DNA of 57,132 nucleotides, taken from positions 1 to 57,132 of the forward strand of contig JYFJ02002433.1 in the NCBI GenBank assembly GCA_000934665.2, given 5' to 3'. The notes beneath the pieces were generated by a model that made no database searches, had not been told where the DNA came from, and saw only the letters and a list, made by a program, of their open reading frames with translations. The DNA comes from Catajapyx aquilonaris (taxonomy: Eukaryota). The position numbers and the translations under genes were made by a program. Below are positions 51,998 through 57,132 of this stretch, piece after piece (position 1 is the stretch's first letter; every line of letters starts with the position of its first letter).

Positions 51998-53745
51998 TTA
52001 CAGCTCCCAGTAGGACCAGGGCCACTTGTACACTTGCTTTTGACACTCGGTGGAACATGTGATGAAGAGCATTGGCAGAGAAACCTTTCTGGAGAATGGG
52101 GGGAACATCTGACCCTTGATGGCCAGGAGACCTGACCAAGAGATGGGTTCTTTGCAGGTGTCGCACAGAAGCAGTCTTCTGACCTCGTAGGTCCTCTTCT
52201 TCTCTTGTGCTGCATGTACGGCCAGATGGACCCTCCTGGCAGTGTTGGCTCTCTCGATGTAGTCAGTCCATAGGCTCTTTTGGAAGAAGTTGCCCGCTCC
52301 ATTCAACTTTGTCAAGGTCTGGGACAGACGAAGAATTCGCCAGGGCAGAGCAGACAGTTGGTTCCCTCGCAAGTTCAGGATCCGAAGCTTCCTACATTTG
52401 GTACAGGTCATCAGCAATGTTTCTCTTAGCCCACTCACCAACTCACAAAGTTTACGACAGCCCCTATTGGGATGCCTGACTGGAAGCAAAGAAACTTTAA
52501 ACTTACTTCAATTCGTCTATGTTGGGAGGCAGCATCCGGATAAAGTTGTATGAAAGATCCAAAATTTCCAGGTTTGGCAGAAGGAACAGATGTGGAGGAA
52601 CTCTCTGCAAGAGACAGAAGCTGAGCTCCAGGATACGCAAATTACGGAGGCGGCAAATGTATGCTGGGATTGCCTTCATGGGGTTGTCTCGCAGGTACAG
52701 TTCTTGTAGTTGATGGCAGGAAGTCAGGGACATAGGTATGTACTGGGTGGAAGAACAGTGCATTTAGTTTCACTGCTAATGTCCGATATTTATTTATTTT
52801 AAATTTCGTCCAGTAGGCCTAGTTAAATCACCATTTATTATGGCCAGCCAGACATGGAGACATATTTATGTGAGAGTTTGTAAATGATCACAAGGCACCC
52901 AGACGACGTTACACTTTAGTGCGACGACAGTGACTTAATGTCAGGATGCACAGTAACTACACTGCAAACACTTTGGCTTATTGACGGCAGATGCTACCCT
53001 CCTTAAAGGCGGAGGTGTCAACACGCCTACTCACACATTGTGTGTCAATTATAATTATTCAGAACCGTTTGCACACACACTCCAATGGTGCATAATCTAA
53101 GATTAAATAGCTTTTGTACTTACTGGCAAACAGTTAAAATCCAGTTTTATACTGATGAGTGTGTGCCTCACCGAATCAAGATTGGGGACTGCGTCAATAA
53201 AATGAGCCTGAAACAAGAATAACATAAATTACATACTTAAAGCTGCTTAAAGCCAATGTGTGTTTACATGTGCAAGTAAGCTATATCTTGCATTGTTTCC
53301 TTTTAAAATTATTTCTATACAATTTATTGCACATACATGCTTGAACCAGCCTCCAGAAAAATACACGTCAACTTCAACAAAGTTTCTTTAGGCCCCCCCC
53401 AAACATTTTTCGTCTCGAGAGACCCTCTTAAATCGACCTCCAACCTGTCAGAAATATTGGACCCATGTGTGTGGAGAGGTTCAAACTCAAGAGGAAGCCT
53501 GGATGTAGGTGGAACCACTTTTTTCCCTTTCCTTATCACTGCGCCTGAAGCAAGCTCAATAATTTTTTACCTAAACTTGAAAAAAAAAATCTATTCGTCC
53601 ACGTCAGCGTATTAATCCGATTGCCACCTTTTGACTTTGAAGGATGGCCAGAACCTACGCGTTGGACAATCTGATTTCCTGGCCGGAAAGCTCCACGTCT
53701 GTCCGTCCTCCAGTCCATCGAAAAGGTAATCACGCGTAAGTTCAT
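51998..53745 (-). CDS. Leucine-rich-repeat protein, LRRC63-like; 5' exons uncertain
   Basis: Confident exons 53207-53124 (AHFIDAVPNLDSVRHTLISIKLDFNCLP), 52742-52507 (LQELYLRDNPM..LRILELSFCLL..LEILDLSYNFI) and 52391-51998 (LRILNLRGNQL..CDTCKEP..LPMLFITCSTEC). Tentative upstream exons 53745-~53628, ~53544-53337 and 53280-53268. Confidence 0.75.
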
Positions 53746-54200
53746 ACGCGAAGTTTATGACGGAAGGCCGCGGAAAAAAAGATGGTTACATGTACTGTAA
53801 AGACGGGATATATGGCTGTCAGGTCACGAACTGTACCGGACTAGACAGGTGGACTGTGATTAACCTGAATTTGAAAAATATACATGAATTTTTTGATTTT
53901 GGCGTCACTCTGCATGAGCGAGGTAGACATGAATAGAAATATTGGAAGTGAACACTTGTAATTAACCAACCTGCAGACATAAATATCGGCCACCTTTAAT
54001 CACAGAGTTAAGTACGGCCAACTGTGTGTATGTAAGCACACTGGGTCCTGTCCACTGCACCCCTGGTTCGGTCAGGTCAAGCTTCTTGTATTGAAATGCG
54101 AGGCAGTATGGATGAACAGGCGGTACACTTGAAATTGAAGCAGTGATTATTAAAGTTTATATTAAATATTAAATTGCAGTATGTACTGTACTAGAGCATC

Positions 54201-55318
54201 TTACTCGTCATCTTCCTTTTCATCCATCCTCACCGGCTTGACTAGGAAGTGAATATTCGCGTTATTTTCCTTGGCTTCCGTGAAGTTGGGCGTCTTGGGA
54301 CAGTAGAAGACGTTGCACTCGCCCAGCGTGGGCCTCAGGGCTGCCTTTATGGCCAGTGCCACTTCCACTAGAAACTGAAATTTCGTTGCATCCACTTTAC
54401 GCGAATGAATACTCCAGGAAATTTACCACAAGGAGTACATTTTTCAGCTCAGAGGTATCAAGTAAAAAAGGTCTCTGTCTTTACTCCTGGTAATTTTTGA
54501 GGAGCAGTAACTGTCTCGTAATGTGTGATTTGCGGCTAGATTTGCGGCGAAGTAATGTTAGCTCACCGAAAATGAAAAAGCTGCGCAGAAAAAATACATA
54601 TGTTAACCTTAATTCTGCAGTGACGAACAAGCTGCGCCAAAATCTATATAAATAAAGCCGCTTGTGAGTCTGTCTGTCTGTAGCCTGCCAACCGTCATTT
54701 GCCTGCCATCTGTGCTCCACCCCCCGGCCGGGAGAGGATGGAGGTTTTGGGGGTTGACGACAGGTGGCAGGCAAATGACGGTTGCCGTTATACAGGCGGG
54801 AGACGTTCAAGGTGTAGGAGCAGGACCACAGATGGCATTGGTGGCCGGACACACAGAAAGACAGACAGTTGACGGGGGTACTGGCAGGTGTTTTCCCTTC
54901 ATTCATTTCTTCCCGGGCAACGCCGGGTGCCGCAGCTAGTTTTTAATAATTACAAAAGTGTACCTTATCACTCAATTTCTCAGATAAAACGAGATGAAAT
55001 GTTATCTTCATATTATAATAATTGAAGTATGCTAAGTAGAATCTAATGCTAAGTACAACTGACCTGTTGGCGTGGAACCTTCTTATGCTTTTCCCAATCT
55101 CCTGCCTGAAACAACTCCACCTTATGCTCCAGCCATATGTTCTCTTCAGGGTATGCAATGGTCACAACAGGAGACACACTTAGTTTCTTCGGCCGATCTT
55201 CATCTTCACTCGATGATGAAGACCCCGCATCGACGGAAGCCGTGGATTGAATTTCATTGTCGATGCAATGAGATGCCTCACTTCTTGGCTAAAAACACGA
55301 TCATTAAGCATTATCAGT

Positions 55319-55413
<95 letters not shown>

Positions 55414-55575
55414 TCTCTGTGGTGACGTTGACGGCCCATCAACATATTTCTTCATTCTCATGTCCTTATCCTGATAGTTCCGATAACTTGTGAATGGTAT
55501 TTCTGATGACTCTTCTGCATCATGTTGAGTGAAGGGAGCCGTATTATCGACTGGTACTTGATTGGAATCCGCCAT
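54201..55575 (-). CDS. Hypothetical protein (~186 aa), three coding exons
   Basis: Exons 55575-55414, 55288-55064, 54374-54201 are each open and join at phase 0 (donors GTTATT and GTCAGT; acceptors TTTTAG and TTTCAG): MADSNQVPVD..PQR / PRSEASHC..SSSSSEDEDRPKKLSVSPVVTIAYPEENIWLEHKVELFQAGDWEKH..QQ / FLVEVALAIKAALRPTLGECNVFYCPK..DDE. First donor is weak; family not recognised. Confidence 0.55.
54643..54939 (+). mobile_element. Non-autonomous Helitron
   Basis: Inserted between A and T; 5' TC (TCTATATAAATAAA), short (GTCT)n tract, 3' hairpin CCCGGGCAACGCCGGG followed about 10 nt later by terminal CTAG; no TSD. Confidence 0.85.
55321..55410. repeat. (AAT)30 microsatellite
   Basis: 90-nt uninterrupted run; source of the poly-N and poly-I ORFs in the track. 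Confidence 0.97.
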
Positions 55576-56882
55576 TTTTCACACTGCGAAAGTGTCCAGA
55601 AGTAGTTGACAATTTTTCTCCCAGGAAACACCCAGAAGTGGTCAGGCGGCAACAATGGAAGATCAGCATCATAATCAGCATTAGAATTGAAATGGTGTGT
55701 CTCCATGATAACCCTCAAATTGTTATGGAACAGAGGAGGCGGTTAATTAACGACTGCTAATAGACTTTAGTAATTCACTGAATAATTTAAGCAACGCTCA
55801 TTCATTGAAGCAATTTAGGGCTCAACAAATGGGCTAGAGTGTCAATTGTGGAGATCAAGTCTATCGATAAACGAACCTCCGTATTCAAAAGGGTGGTTAT
55901 AATTTGTGTTATGCTTTTGTTTTCATTATTGTGACTTAATTGCCATGGTTTCTGAAACTGTTTTCAGGTCCTGTCCATTTTATTTGGACAGCAGAGTCCA
56001 ATACGCTGGTGCAAAGAATTATACAAAAGTGCCTAAAAGTTTGGATATTTACAGTAAGTATGCACTATTTAATTTTTGGGAGAATATCAGAAATAAAAAA
56101 TATCAGCAAAGTTGACATTTTGCCAGCTTCATATCGTTGGTCGGTTTCGCCAGGATATGAAGTTTGCTCTCGGTTCACCAGACGCCAGCACACCTTAAAC
56201 TACTTTGCAGATTGAACCCCCAGGCATAACCAATCGATGCAAAATAAGCCACCAGAATTGCATGCATTTTTGCTTTGATGACCATCTGTACATGGTACCT
56301 GTACTATCGGGCAAAATATGTGGACTCTATTTTTTCCACATTCTGCGAGTGGCACTGCCTGCGTCACATGCCTCTCCTGTGCCAGGTGAGGCATGTGCCT
56401 CAGGTACATTCACATGATGTATTAAATGGAGACAATATGGCCATCTTTAATTATTGCATGTGATTAAAAATGATGTCAATAAAATAACGTATAATCGGAA
56501 AGCGAACCGGCGTTGACAATTTCAAAAAACTTCTCTGCAGTATATAACTTACATGATTTCTACAATTTGTATGAAACTCAATATAGAGTCCCTATATGTT
56601 CTTGTCACAATTGCGCATTAAAATTTGATTCCAACAAAATGGATGGTTCAGTACCCATTACCAAGCAATTTCAAAACCCTTATAACGAAGCAATATTATA
56701 CTCCTGTGTGATATTATGAGGCTTCCAATAAAAATGAGCTTCCAACTTTCAGTAAATTATACTGTTGGCAGCGCAGAACTTGAGATCTGTATTTTGATGT
56801 ATTCTCATATTTCCATCTTCAAAGGGAAATTAACAATTAAGTCCCACATCTAACTCCATCTTTCTTATTACTTAGCCAAACA

Positions 56883-57132
56883 ATGACGAGCGACGGTTCT
56901 TCCAACACTTCCTTGGCATGGGTCATGGCCCAATACTCGCAGGAATGGAGGCGAGATCCGGACACAATCCCATACCGACCGAATAGCTACGAACAATACG
57001 TCGACTTCAACTACGACTTGGTACCGGTTTTAAGCATGATATGTCATCTATGCAATAAGTTCCGCGATGCAAACATGCTTGACTGCAATGTGTGTTGCAA
57101 GGCTCATCATGCCTCTTGTCTTGTCAGCTGTA
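56883..57132 (+). CDS. PHD-finger protein, 5' part only (runs off the window end; weakly PHF24-like)
   Basis: Open frame missing from the ORF track: MTSDGSSNTSLAWVMAQYSQEWRRDPDTIPYRPNSYEQYVDFNYDLVPVLSMICHLCNKFRDANMLDCNVCCKAHHASCLVSC, with C-x2-C-x10-C-x2-C-x4-H-x2-C spacing. Confidence 0.65.
   Translation, partial: MTSDGSSNTSLAWVMAQYSQEWRRDPDTIPYRPNSYEQYVDFNYDLVPVLSMICHLCNKFRDANMLDCNVCCKAHHASCLVSC

Noticed and set aside
55072..55474. Plus-strand poly-Asn and poly-Ile ORFs
   Set aside because: Artefacts of the (AAT)30 microsatellite, antisense to the better-supported minus-strand gene model.
56350..56410. Short imperfect hairpin CACATGCCTC..GAGGCATGTG
   Set aside because: Only about 10 perfect base pairs and no TSD or family evidence; too weak to call.

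Overview
Gene-dense eukaryotic (animal, probably arthropod) genomic DNA with spliceosomal GT-AG introns; no prokaryotic features, CRISPR arrays or rRNA/tRNA genes were recognised. I assembled exon chains by hand from splice signals and frame phase for 11 protein-coding genes: a PHF13/PHF23-like PHD protein (-), Rap1 (-), PEX10 (+), a Spaetzle/neurotrophin-1-like cystine-knot ligand (+), an unnamed ~681-aa secreted coiled-coil protein ending in a 6-Cys module (+), MTMR14 (-), an orphan coiled-coil protein (+), DHCR24 (-), an LRRC63-like LRR protein (-), an orphan ~186-aa gene (-) and the start of a second PHD protein (+) that runs off the window end. Introns and intergenic DNA hold a decayed RTE-type LINE and about a dozen short non-autonomous DNA elements (PIF/Harbinger, Tc1/mariner/pogo, hAT/P-like, Helitron), several nested and most with intact target-site duplications (TSDs). 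The most unusual candidates are the secreted coiled-coil/mucin/6-Cys protein next to the compact His-rich Spaetzle-like gene, and a PHD gene with both a splice-created overlapping uORF and a candidate poison exon. All homology calls come from recognising motifs by eye; no searches were run.
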